Shown one piece after another: positions 28,047-37,224 of a DNA stretch of 64,000 nt. The DNA is from Escherichia virus KFS-EC3, in the sequence record MZ065353.1. The stretch is one strand, 5' to 3'. Position 1 is the stretch's first letter. Each line of letters starts with the position of its first letter. Made by a program: the position numbers and the translations under genes. Below the pieces are notes generated by a model. It was not told where the DNA came from, did no database searches, and worked only from the letters and a program-made list of their open reading frames with translations.

Positions 28047-28733
28047 ATGAAACTGTCTAAAGATACTACTGCTCTGCTTAAAAATTTCGCTACTATTAAC
28101 TCTGGTATTATGCTTAAATCCGGTCAATTTATTATGACTCGCGCAGTTAATGGTACAACTTATGCGGAAGCAAATATTTCTGACACTATTGATTTTGATG
28201 TAGCAATTTACGATTTGAACGGTTTTCTCGGTATTCTGTCCCTAGTTAATGACGATGCAGAAATTTCCCAGTCAGAAGATGGAAATATTAAAATTGCTGA
28301 TGCTCGTTCAACAATTTTTTGGCCAGCAGCTGATCCGAGTACAGTAGTTGCTCCTAATAAACCAATTCCATTCCCGGTAGCATCTGTTGTTACTGAAATT
28401 AAAGCTGAAGATCTTCAGCAGCTGTTGCGTGTATCTCGTGGTCTGCAGATTGATACAATTGCTATCACAGTAAAAGAAGGTAAAATCGTAATTAACGGTT
28501 TTAATAAAGTAGAAGATTCTGCTTTGACCCGTGTTAAATATTCTTTGACTCTTGGTGATTATGATGGTGAAAATACATTTAATTTCATTATCAATATGGC
28601 AAATATGAAAATGCAACCAGGAAATTATAAACTTCTGCTCTGGGCAAAAGGTAAACAAGGCGCTGCTAAATTTGAAGGTGAACACGCGAATTATGTAGTA
28701 GCTCTTGAAGCTGATTCTACCCACGACTTTTAA
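28047..28733 (+). CDS. 45: sliding clamp
   Basis: 228 aa; length, sequence and position match T4 gp45. Confidence 0.95.
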   Translation: MKLSKDTTALLKNFATINSGIMLKSGQFIMTRAVNGTTYAEANISDTIDFDVAIYDLNGFLGILSLVNDDAEISQSEDGNIKIADARSTIFWPAADPSTVVAPNKPIPFPVASVVTEIKAEDLQQLLRVSRGLQIDTIAITVKEGKIVINGFNKVEDSALTRVKYSLTLGDYDGENTFNFIINMANMKMQPGNYKLLLWAKGKQGAAKFEGEHANYVVALEADSTHDF

Positions 28734-28736
28734 TAA

Positions 28737-28750
28737 AGGGCTTCGGCCCT
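28737..28750 (+). terminator. hairpin terminator (GGGC-TTCG-GCCC module)
   Basis: AGGGCTTCGGCCCT after the gene 45 stop. Confidence 0.5.
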
Positions 28751-28784
28751 TTATAATTTACACTAAAACTTGAATGAGGAAATT

Positions 28785-29744
28785 ATGATTACTGTAAATG
28801 AAAAAGAACACATTCTTGAACAGAAATATCGTCCATCTACTATCGATGAATGTATTCTTCCCGCCTTTGATAAAGAAACCTTTAAATCTATTACAAGTAA
28901 AGGTAAAATTCCACATATTATTCTTCATTCTCCTTCTCCAGGAACAGGTAAAACAACTGTAGCAAAAGCATTGTGTCATGATGTAAATGCTGATATGATG
29001 TTTGTGAATGGATCAGACTGTAAAATTGATTTCGTTCGTGGTCCTTTGACTAATTTTGCTAGTGCAGCTTCATTTGATGGTCGTCAAAAAGTAATCGTTA
29101 TTGATGAATTTGACCGCTCAGGGTTAGCAGAGTCTCAGCGACATCTTCGTTCCTTTATGGAAGCTTATAGTTCAAACTGTAGTATTATTATTACTGCTAA
29201 CAATATTGATGGTATTATTAAACCGCTTCAGTCACGCTGCCGAGTTATTACATTCGGTCAACCGACTGATGAAGATAAAATTGAAATGATGAAGCAGATG
29301 ATTCGTCGATTGACTGAAATCTGCAAGCATGAAGGAATTGCTATAGCTGATATGAAAGTTGTAGCAGCTTTGGTTAAAAAGAATTTTCCGGATTTTCGTA
29401 AAACTATTGGTGAGCTCGATAGTTATTCATCTAAAGGTGTTTTGGATGCTGGTATTTTATCACTGGTTACTAACGATCGTGGTGCTATTGATGATGTTCT
29501 TGAATCTCTCAAAAATAAAGATGTTAAACAGCTCAGAGCTTTAGCACCAAAATATGCAGCTGATTATTCGTGGTTCGTAGGTAAACTTGCCGAAGAAATC
29601 TATACACGCGTAACTCCGCAAAGTATTATTCGTATGTATGAAATTGTTGGTGAAAATAACCAGTATCATGGAATTGCGGCTAATACGGAATTACATTTAG
29701 CATATCTTTTCATTCAATTAGCATGCGAAATGCAGTGGAAGTGA
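28785..29744 (+). CDS. 44: clamp-loader large subunit (AAA+)
   Basis: 319 aa from ATG 28785 (TGAGGAAATT RBS); Walker A GTGKTT. Confidence 0.95.
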   Translation: MITVNEKEHILEQKYRPSTIDECILPAFDKETFKSITSKGKIPHIILHSPSPGTGKTTVAKALCHDVNADMMFVNGSDCKIDFVRGPLTNFASAASFDGRQKVIVIDEFDRSGLAESQRHLRSFMEAYSSNCSIIITANNIDGIIKPLQSRCRVITFGQPTDEDKIEMMKQMIRRLTEICKHEGIAIADMKVVAALVKKNFPDFRKTIGELDSYSSKGVLDAGILSLVTNDRGAIDDVLESLKNKDVKQLRALAPKYAADYSWFVGKLAEEIYTRVTPQSIIRMYEIVGENNQYHGIAANTELHLAYLFIQLACEMQWK

Positions 29745-29745
29745 T

Positions 29746-30309
29746 ATGAGCTTATTTGAAGATGATATTCAATTAAACGAGCATCAAGTTGCTTGGTATT
29801 CAAAAGATTGGACAGCTGTCCAATCTGCTGCTGATTCTTTTAAGGAAAAAGCTGAAAATGAATTTTTTGAAATAATTGGAGCTATTAATAATAAAACTAA
29901 ATGCTCTATTGCTCAAAAAGATTATTCAAAATACATGGTTGAGAATGCATTATCACAATTTCCTGAATGCATGCCAGCTGTATATGCTATGAATTTAATT
30001 GGATCAGGTTTAAGCGATGAAGCCCATTTTAATTATCTGATGGCTGCTGTTCCTCGTGGTAAAAGATATGGTAAATGGGCAAAACTGGTCGAAGATTCTA
30101 CTGAAGTATTGATTATTAAGTTACTTGCTAAGCGGTATCAAGTTAATACAAATGATGCAATTAACTATAAATCAATTCTTACTAAAAATGGAAAACTTCC
30201 TTTAGTATTAAAAGAACTAAAAGGTTTAGTCACGGATGATTTTTTAAAAGAAGTGACTAAGAACGTAAAAGAACAGAAACAACTCAAAAAACTAGCATTG
30301 GAATGGTAA
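29746..30309 (+). CDS. 62: clamp-loader small subunit
   Basis: 187 aa; position between 44 and regA. Confidence 0.9.
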   Translation: MSLFEDDIQLNEHQVAWYSKDWTAVQSAADSFKEKAENEFFEIIGAINNKTKCSIAQKDYSKYMVENALSQFPECMPAVYAMNLIGSGLSDEAHFNYLMAAVPRGKRYGKWAKLVEDSTEVLIIKLLAKRYQVNTNDAINYKSILTKNGKLPLVLKELKGLVTDDFLKEVTKNVKEQKQLKKLALEW

Positions 30310-30310
30310 A

Positions 30311-30679
30311 ATGATTGAAATTACTCTTAAAAAACCTGAAGATTTTCTGAAAGTAAAAGAAACTTTGACTCGTATGGGAATTGCTAATAATAAAGATAAA
30401 GTTCTGTATCAGTCCTGCCACATTCTTCAGAAAAAAGGACTATACTATATCGTTCATTTTAAAGAAATGCTTCGTATGGATGGCCGTCAGGTTGAAATGA
30501 CAGAAGAAGATGAAGTTCGTCGTGATTCGATTGCGTGGCTGTTAGAAGATTGGGGACTGATTGAAATCGTTCCTGGTCAAAGAACTTTTATGAAAGATTT
30601 AACCAATAATTTCCGAGTTATTTCTTTTAAACAAAAACACGAATGGAAACTCGTTCCTAAATATACGATTGGTAATTAA
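30311..30679 (+). CDS. regA: translational repressor RegA
   Basis: 122 aa; length and position match T4 RegA. Confidence 0.9.
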   Translation: MIEITLKKPEDFLKVKETLTRMGIANNKDKVLYQSCHILQKKGLYYIVHFKEMLRMDGRQVEMTEEDEVRRDSIAWLLEDWGLIEIVPGQRTFMKDLTNNFRVISFKQKHEWKLVPKYTIGN

Positions 30680-30689
30680 GGCAAATTAT

Positions 30690-30926
30690 ATGACACAATC
30701 AGAGATTCAGTTTACCGAAGCTTTTCTAATATTCGAAAATCTAAAACAAACATATGGTTTGTCTTCTACCCAACTGGTTTTTGACCTCCCGGAAGATAAA
30801 CAAATAGAATTCCAAAAAGAATTCCAACGATTAGTTTACCCGCACCAGCTCGCATTTCAGGCGATTATCAAAACCACAAATAAAGATGGTAAGTCCGTTA
30901 TATCGCGTCGTACAATAGAAATTTAA
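30690..30926 (+). CDS. hypothetical protein (78 aa)
   Basis: ATG at 30690. Confidence 0.5.
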   Translation: MTQSEIQFTEAFLIFENLKQTYGLSSTQLVFDLPEDKQIEFQKEFQRLVYPHQLAFQAIIKTTNKDGKSVISRRTIEI

Positions 30927-30932
30927 AGCAAA

Positions 30933-30952
30933 GGGGCTTCGGCCCCTTATTT
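30933..30952 (+). terminator. rho-independent terminator
   Basis: GGGGC-TTCG-GCCCC followed by a T-rich tract. Confidence 0.6.
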
Positions 30953-30968
30953 GGAGTATAATATATCA

Positions 30969-31009
30969 AGAGCCTAATAACTCGGGCTATAAACTAAGGA
31001 ATATCTATG
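30969..31009 (+). promoter_or_regulatory. putative gp43 translational operator (hairpin plus RBS)
   Basis: AGCC...GGCT hairpin and UAAGGAA RBS just upstream of the gene 43 ATG; T4 gp43 autoregulates via such a site. Confidence 0.4.
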
Positions 31010-33703
31010 AAAGAATTTTATATCTCTATCGAAACAGTCGGAAATAACATTGTTGAGCGTTATATTGATGAAAATGGAAAGGAACGTACTCGTGAAGTAG
31101 AATATCTTCCGACTATGTTTAGGCATTGTAAGGAAGAGTCAAAATACAAAGACATTTATGGTAAAAATTGCGCTCCTCAAAAATTTCCATCAATGAAAGA
31201 TGCACGAGACTGGATGAAGCGAATGGAAGACATCGGTCTCGAAGCTCTCGGTATGAACGATTTTAAACTCGCTTATATCAGTGATACATATGGTTCAGAA
31301 ATTGTTTATGACCGAAAATTTGTTCGTGTAGCTAACTGTGACATTGAGGTTACTGGTGATAAATTTCCTGACCCAATGAAAGCAGAATATGAAATTGATG
31401 CTATCACTCATTATGATTCAATTGACGATCGTTTTTACGTCTTTGATTTGTTGAATTCAATGTACGGTTCAGTATCAAAATGGGATGCAAAGTTAGCTGC
31501 TAAGCTTGACTGTGAAGGTGGTGATGAAGTTCCTCAAGAAATTCTTGACCGAGTAATTTATATGCCATTTGATAATGAGCGTGATATGCTCATGGAATAT
31601 ATTAATCTCTGGGAACAGAAACGACCTGCTATTTTTACCGGTTGGAATATTGAGGGATTTGACGTTCCGTATATCATGAACCGTGTTAAAATGGTTCTCG
31701 GCGAACGTAGTATGAAACGCTTCTCTCCAATCGGTCGAGTAAAATCTAAACTAATTCAAAATATGTACGGTAGCAAAGAAATTTATTCTATCGATGGCGT
31801 ATCTATTCTTGATTATTTAGATTTGTACAAGAAATTCGCATTTACTAATTTGCCATCATTCTCTTTGGAATCAGTTGCTCAACATGAAACCAAAAAAGGT
31901 AAATTGCCATACGATGGTCCTATTAATAAACTTCGTGAGACTAATCATCAACGATACATTAGTTATAACATCATTGACGTAGAATCAGTTCAAGCAATTG
32001 ATAAAATTCGTGGGTTTATCGATCTAGTTTTAAGTATGTCTTATTACGCTAAAATGCCTTTTTCTGGTGTAATGAGCCCTATTAAAACTTGGGATGCTAT
32101 TATTTTTAACTCACTGAAAGGTGAACATAAGGTTATTCCTCAACAAGGTTCGCATGTTAAACAGAGTTTTCCAGGTGCATTTGTATTTGAACCTAAACCG
32201 ATTGCTCGTCGATACATTATGAGTTTTGACTTGACGTCTCTGTATCCTAGCATTATTCGTCAGGTTAACATTAGTCCTGAGACTATTCGTGGGCAGTTTA
32301 AAGTTCATCCAATTCATGAATATATCGCAGGAACAGCTCCTAAGCCAAGTGATGAATATTCTTGCTCTCCGAATGGATGGATGTATGATAAGCACCAAGA
32401 AGGTATCATTCCAAAGGAAATCGCTAAAGTATTTTTCCAGCGTAAAGATTGGAAAAAGAAAATGTTCGCGGAAGAAATGAATGCCGAAGCTATTAAAAAG
32501 ATTATTATGAAAGGTGCAGGGTCTTGCTCAACTAAACCAGAAGTTGAACGATATGTTAAGTTCAGTGATGATTTCTTAAACGAATTATCGAATTACACCG
32601 AATCTGTTCTTAATAGTCTGATCGAAGAATGTGAAAAAGCAGCTACACTTGCTAACACAAATCAGCTGAACCGTAAAATTCTTATTAACAGTCTTTATGG
32701 TGCTCTTGGTAATATTCATTTCCGTTACTATGATTTGCGAAATGCTACTGCTATCACAATTTTTGGTCAAGTTGGTATTCAGTGGATTGCTCGTAAAATT
32801 AATGAATATCTGAATAAAGTATGTGGAACTGATGGTGAAGATTTCATCGCCGCGGGTGATACTGATTCGGTATATGTTTGTGTAGATAAAGTAATTGAAA
32901 AAGTAGGTCTTGACCGCTTTAAAGAACAAAATGATTTAGTTGAATTCATGAATCAGTTTGGTAAGAAAAAGATGGAACCTATGATTGATGTTGCATATCG
33001 TGAGTTATGTGATTATATGAATAACCGCGAGCATCTGATGCATATGGACCGTGAAGCTATTTCTTGCCCTCCGCTTGGTTCAAAGGGTGTTGGTGGATTT
33101 TGGAAAGCGAAAAAACGTTATGCTCTGAACGTTTATGATATGGAAGATAAGCGATTTGCCGAACCGCATCTAAAAATCATGGGTATGGAAACTCAGCAGA
33201 GCTCAACACCAAAAGCAGTACAAGAAGCTCTCGAAGAAAGTATTCGTCGTATTCTTCAGGAAGGCGAAGAGTCTGTCCAAGAATACTACAAGAACTTTGA
33301 GAAAGAATATCGTCAACTTGACTATAAAGTTATTGCTGAAGTAAAAACTGCGAACGATATAGCGAAATATGATGATAAAGGTTGGCCAGGATTTAAATGT
33401 CCGTTCCATATTCGTGGTGTGCTAACTTATCGTCGAGCTGTTAGCGGTTTAGGTGTAGCTCCAATTTTGGATGGAAATAAGGTAATGGTTCTTCCATTAC
33501 GTGAAGGAAATCCATTTGGTGACAAGTGCATTGCTTGGCCATCGGGTACGGAACTTCCAAAAGAAATTCGTTCTGACGTACTGTCTTGGATTGACTACTC
33601 AACTTTGTTCCAAAAATCGTTTGTTAAACCGCTTGCGGGCATGTGTGAATCGGCAGGTATGGACTATGAGGAAAAAGCTTCGTTAGACTTCCTGTTTGGC
33701 TGA
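31007..33703 (+). CDS. 43: DNA polymerase (B family) with 3'-5' exonuclease
   Basis: 898 aa; polymerase motifs DxxSLYPS and YGDTDS; length matches T4 gp43. Confidence 0.97.
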   Translation: MKEFYISIETVGNNIVERYIDENGKERTREVEYLPTMFRHCKEESKYKDIYGKNCAPQKFPSMKDARDWMKRMEDIGLEALGMNDFKLAYISDTYGSEIVYDRKFVRVANCDIEVTGDKFPDPMKAEYEIDAITHYDSIDDRFYVFDLLNSMYGSVSKWDAKLAAKLDCEGGDEVPQEILDRVIYMPFDNERDMLMEYINLWEQKRPAIFTGWNIEGFDVPYIMNRVKMVLGERSMKRFSPIGRVKSKLIQNMYGSKEIYSIDGVSILDYLDLYKKFAFTNLPSFSLESVAQHETKKGKLPYDGPINKLRETNHQRYISYNIIDVESVQAIDKIRGFIDLVLSMSYYAKMPFSGVMSPIKTWDAIIFNSLKGEHKVIPQQGSHVKQSFPGAFVFEPKPIARRYIMSFDLTSLYPSIIRQVNISPETIRGQFKVHPIHEYIAGTAPKPSDEYSCSPNGWMYDKHQEGIIPKEIAKVFFQRKDWKKKMFAEEMNAEAIKKIIMKGAGSCSTKPEVERYVKFSDDFLNELSNYTESVLNSLIEECEKAATLANTNQLNRKILINSLYGALGNIHFRYYDLRNATAITIFGQVGIQWIARKINEYLNKVCGTDGEDFIAAGDTDSVYVCVDKVIEKVGLDRFKEQNDLVEFMNQFGKKKMEPMIDVAYRELCDYMNNREHLMHMDREAISCPPLGSKGVGGFWKAKKRYALNVYDMEDKRFAEPHLKIMGMETQQSSTPKAVQEALEESIRRILQEGEESVQEYYKNFEKEYRQLDYKVIAEVKTANDIAKYDDKGWPGFKCPFHIRGVLTYRRAVSGLGVAPILDGNKVMVLPLREGNPFGDKCIAWPSGTELPKEIRSDVLSWIDYSTLFQKSFVKPLAGMCESAGMDYEEKASLDFLFG

Positions 33704-33716
33704 TAGAATAAATCTA

Positions 33717-33737
33717 GGGACCTCCGGGTCCCTTTTT
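33717..33737 (+). terminator. rho-independent terminator
   Basis: GGGACC-TCCG-GGTCCC followed by TTTTT. Confidence 0.75.
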
Positions 33738-33820
33738 CATACAAGTAATATAAATCTATACTTAGGAAAAATAGATGATTCTAGGTCCTATAAATTCATT
33801 AAAAATTTTTTCACAAAACT

Positions 33821-33878
33821 GTTTACATCCCTGTTCTTCCATGGTACTATACAACTATCAACTACGGAGGAACACAAA
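33821..33878 (+). promoter_or_regulatory. early promoter cassette (PeSL-like)
   Basis: upstream element plus GTTTAC, TACTAT and the TATACAACTATCAACTACGGAGGAACA leader; 58 nt to ATG. Confidence 0.55.
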
Positions 33879-34130
33879 ATGAAAAACATTCAAACTAATT
33901 TTATTCAAAATTTAAAAGTTGTTAATGCAGAAAAAGCTAATAAACTCTTTAAAGTTAAAGAATTCGAAAATGAAGGTAATACTTATGGTATTATAGAACA
34001 AAATGGAATGGTGACTGGATTAGAAATTTATAATGGCAAAGGAAAATTTCAGTCACAGCCAATTTCTGTTATGGGTGTAAGAAAAGGAATTAAAACTGAA
34101 GATGCTTTAAAATTATTTGTTAAGTTTTAA
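33879..34130 (+). CDS. hypothetical protein (83 aa)
   Basis: ATG at fixed cassette distance; track start at 33696 is an extension. Confidence 0.55.
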   Translation: MKNIQTNFIQNLKVVNAEKANKLFKVKEFENEGNTYGIIEQNGMVTGLEIYNGKGKFQSQPISVMGVRKGIKTEDALKLFVKF

Positions 34131-34142
34131 GAGGAAATTATT

Positions 34143-34523
34143 ATGAAAATCGCTATTTTGGTTATTGCGTTGGGTCTTACTGGTTGTGTAGCTCAAGGAC
34201 CGGTAGTAAATCAATCTGATGTAGGAAAAATTGTAAACTGTTCAAGCAAATTTTATAATCCTAACGTCAAGTGTTATAAAGAAGCTCCAAAACAGACAGT
34301 AGAACAAATGCAGGCGAATTTTGACGAAGCTATTCGTCCAGACGAATCTGCTCAAGCATATCGTAATTCAGATGTAATTACACGTGAAGAAAAAATTGAA
34401 AACTACTGCGCCGAACTTTGGGCTAATTGGGCTAATAATTACCAATGGCGTACTGGTAAAAATGCTCCGATGGAGTATGTAGTGAATTCTTATAATTCAT
34501 GCGTAAAAAATTTGACTAAGTGA
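34143..34523 (+). CDS. lipoprotein (126 aa)
   Basis: signal peptide with lipobox LTGC. Confidence 0.6.
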   Translation: MKIAILVIALGLTGCVAQGPVVNQSDVGKIVNCSSKFYNPNVKCYKEAPKQTVEQMQANFDEAIRPDESAQAYRNSDVITREEKIENYCAELWANWANNYQWRTGKNAPMEYVVNSYNSCVKNLTK

Positions 34524-34530
34524 GGAAAAC

Positions 34531-34782
34531 ATGGAAACTTTAGTAGCAGGTTCAATTTTTATGGTTTTAGTTTCAGGCGTGTTGGCTATTATTATATACA
34601 TGCTTCCATGGTTCATCGCCTTGATGCGTGGGTCAAAATCGACAGTAGGAATCTTTTTCACGTCTTTACTGTTTAATTGGTCAATTATTGGTTGGTTTAT
34701 TACATTTATTTGGTCAATTGCGGGTGAAACTAAAAAATCCGCACAACCAAATCAAGTAATTATCATCAGAGAGAAGGAATGA
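34531..34782 (+). CDS. imm: immunity (superinfection exclusion) membrane protein
   Basis: 83 aa; two TM helices; length and position (between 43 and 42) match T4 Imm. Confidence 0.8.
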   Translation: METLVAGSIFMVLVSGVLAIIIYMLPWFIALMRGSKSTVGIFFTSLLFNWSIIGWFITFIWSIAGETKKSAQPNQVIIIREKE

Positions 34783-34928
34783 AAAGCAAAATTTTAGCAG
34801 TATTGCTTTTAATCTTGATGATTATAATAAGTATATACTATAGCGTAACGGTTCCTTGTATGATTCCGACACTTATTATAGGTTGGGGTTTATTACTGTT
34901 ACAAGTTAAATATGAATGTATCAATTGA
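34779..34928 (+). CDS. small membrane peptide (49 aa)
   Basis: ATGA overlap with imm stop; two hydrophobic segments. Confidence 0.35.
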   Translation: MKSKILAVLLLILMIIISIYYSVTVPCMIPTLIIGWGLLLLQVKYECIN

Positions 34929-34935
34929 GGTTTAA

Positions 34936-35676
34936 ATGATTAGTGACTCTATGACAGTTGAAGAAATCCGTCTTCATTTGGGGCTTGCATTAAAGGAAAA
35001 AGATTTCGTAGTTGATAAAACTGGTGTTAAAACTATTGAAATTATTGGTGCATCATTTGTAGCAGATGAACCTTTTATTTTTGGCGCTCTTAATGATGAA
35101 TACATTCAACGTGAACTTGAATGGTATAAGTCTCAAAGTCTGTTTGTTAAAGATATTCCAGGTGAAACACCGAAGATTTGGCAGCAGGTAGCATCTTCTA
35201 AAGGCGAAATTAACTCGAATTATGGTTGGGCCATCTGGTCAGAAGATAACTATGCCCAGTATGATATGTGTTTAGCTGAACTTGGTCAAAATCCTGATTC
35301 TCGACGCGGTATCATGATTTATACTCGTCCATCCATGCAATTTGACTACAATAAAGATGGTATGTCAGATTTCATGTGTACGAATACAGTACAGTACCTG
35401 ATTCGTGATAAGAAAGTCAATGCGGTTGTTAGCATGAGAAGCAATGATTGCTGGGCAGGCTATCGTAATGATTATGCTTGGCAAAAATACGTACTAGATA
35501 AATTAGTATCTGATTTGAATGCAGGCGACCCATCGCGGCAATATAAAGCAGGTTCTATTATATGGAACGTTGGAAGTCTTCATGTGTACGAAAATCAGTT
35601 TTATTTAGTTGACCATTGGTGGAACACCGGTGAGACTCATATTGCTAAAAAGGATTATACTGGAAAATGGAAGTAA
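34936..35676 (+). CDS. 42: dCMP hydroxymethylase
   Basis: 246 aa; thymidylate-synthase-like fold; length matches T4 gp42. Confidence 0.95.
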   Translation: MISDSMTVEEIRLHLGLALKEKDFVVDKTGVKTIEIIGASFVADEPFIFGALNDEYIQRELEWYKSQSLFVKDIPGETPKIWQQVASSKGEINSNYGWAIWSEDNYAQYDMCLAELGQNPDSRRGIMIYTRPSMQFDYNKDGMSDFMCTNTVQYLIRDKKVNAVVSMRSNDCWAGYRNDYAWQKYVLDKLVSDLNAGDPSRQYKAGSIIWNVGSLHVYENQFYLVDHWWNTGETHIAKKDYTGKWK

Positions 35677-36308
35677 ATGTGCCACATGTTTATAAGTATA
35701 AACATCCTAAAACTAAAAAGTGGTATATAGGAAGTCATGATGGTCACAACCCGAATTATGATGGTTCGGGTGTAGTTTGGCAACATGCTAAAAAGAAATA
35801 TGGAATAAAATCCTTTAATAAAGAAATATTATATGAAGGACCAATGTTTAGACAGGTTGAAGAAATTATTTTAACTTGTTTAGATGCTGCTAATTGTCCG
35901 GATTCATATAATTTAAAGAATGAAGCATGGGGAGGAAGTTTTCCAGGCAAATTAAATGGAATGTACGGTAAAAAACTATCTCCAGAAGAAAGATATAAGT
36001 GCGGAAATGCCTTTCGTGGAATCAAGCGTCCTGATCATTCTAAAAGAATGAAAGGCGAAGGTAATCCAATGTATGGTAAAAATGAGCAGGCATATGGAAT
36101 TATAAATCGAGCCAAGGAAAATTCTGGTAAAACTTATGAAGAAATTTTTGGCGTAGAAAAAGCTAAAATAATTAAAGAAACGATGTCTAAAAATCGTAAA
36201 GGAAAACCTCATAATTTGATAGAAAAAATATGTCCGCATTGCGGACTAAAAGGACGTGGGCCAAATATGACAAGATACCATTTTGACAAATGTAAGGCAC
36301 TTAAATGA
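35667..36308 (+). CDS. GIY-YIG homing endonuclease (Seg-like mobile gene)
   Basis: N-terminal HVYKYKHPKTKKWYIGS GIY-YIG variant; C-terminal NUMOD-like repeats; Zn finger CPHCG. Confidence 0.65.
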   Translation: MEVNVPHVYKYKHPKTKKWYIGSHDGHNPNYDGSGVVWQHAKKKYGIKSFNKEILYEGPMFRQVEEIILTCLDAANCPDSYNLKNEAWGGSFPGKLNGMYGKKLSPEERYKCGNAFRGIKRPDHSKRMKGEGNPMYGKNEQAYGIINRAKENSGKTYEEIFGVEKAKIIKETMSKNRKGKPHNLIEKICPHCGLKGRGPNMTRYHFDKCKALK

Positions 36309-37147
36309 TTCAATTCGTAATTCCAAGCTATCAACGCGTAGGGGCAGTTTCTGCCCTTGATATGTTTCCGACTGATTATGAACCTCATATTGTAGTACGT
36401 GAACACGAAGAAAAAGCTTATTATGACGCTTACGGGTCTAGGGCTAAAATTATAACTATTCCTGATGATGTCAATGGAATTGCTGGTACTCGTAAAGCAA
36501 TTACTGATATGTATGCAGGTCAACGAATTTGGATGATTGATGATGATACTACTATTCGTATGAGTTCAATGCGAAAGAAAGATGATCGTCGCTGCGTAGA
36601 TAAAATTAATCAGTTAACTCGTGAACAGTTCTATGAATTGATTCAATACGTTGAAGATGCCATGGATTGCGGGTATTATCATGGTCATGCTCGTTTACCA
36701 ATTTTTAAAATTACTTCATCTTGGGGTAATTATCGTGAAAATTCATATGGATTCACGAATACTTGGTATGACCTCGGGAAACTTACAACAGAACAAATTG
36801 GGTATGGAAAAATTGATTTATGCGAAGATATGTATGCATTTCTCAATTTAATTAATCAAGGTTATCCGCATTTGGCCTTGTTCAAATATCTGGTTGTATC
36901 CGGAAAAGCGCAAGCTCCTGGTGGATGTAGTTCAATTCGTAGTAATTCAAAACATAATAGAGCTCTTGAGCAAATCAATAGAGAGTTTCCAGAGCAAGCT
37001 CGTTGGAAAACTTCTAATATTGAAAAACGAAAATCATTAGGTGAAGAAGACGAGCCATTAAAGGTTCTTCGCATGTGTGTTTCGCGCAAAGAAAAATCAG
37101 AAGCGTTTCATAAGTTTAATGCTATTCATCCAATAGCAGTTGATTAA
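36305..37147 (+). CDS. putative glycosyltransferase (DxD motif)
   Basis: 280 aa; RIWMIDDDTT DxD motif; sits where T4 has beta-gt. Confidence 0.5.
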   Translation: MIQFVIPSYQRVGAVSALDMFPTDYEPHIVVREHEEKAYYDAYGSRAKIITIPDDVNGIAGTRKAITDMYAGQRIWMIDDDTTIRMSSMRKKDDRRCVDKINQLTREQFYELIQYVEDAMDCGYYHGHARLPIFKITSSWGNYRENSYGFTNTWYDLGKLTTEQIGYGKIDLCEDMYAFLNLINQGYPHLALFKYLVVSGKAQAPGGCSSIRSNSKHNRALEQINREFPEQARWKTSNIEKRKSLGEEDEPLKVLRMCVSRKEKSEAFHKFNAIHPIAVD

Positions 37148-37224
37148 TGCCTAAATTTATTGTGTTATAATTACTCTATCTTTAACCAGTGAGGAAAATA
37201 TAATGATGCCTATGGAAAAAATGA

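Noticed and set aside
28308-28724. 138-aa minus-strand ORF inside gene 45, and similar minus-strand ORFs inside gene 43 (32111-32398, 32585-32929, 33203-33409) and elsewhere
   Set aside because: They lie entirely within strongly supported conserved plus-strand genes and are taken as antisense artefacts.
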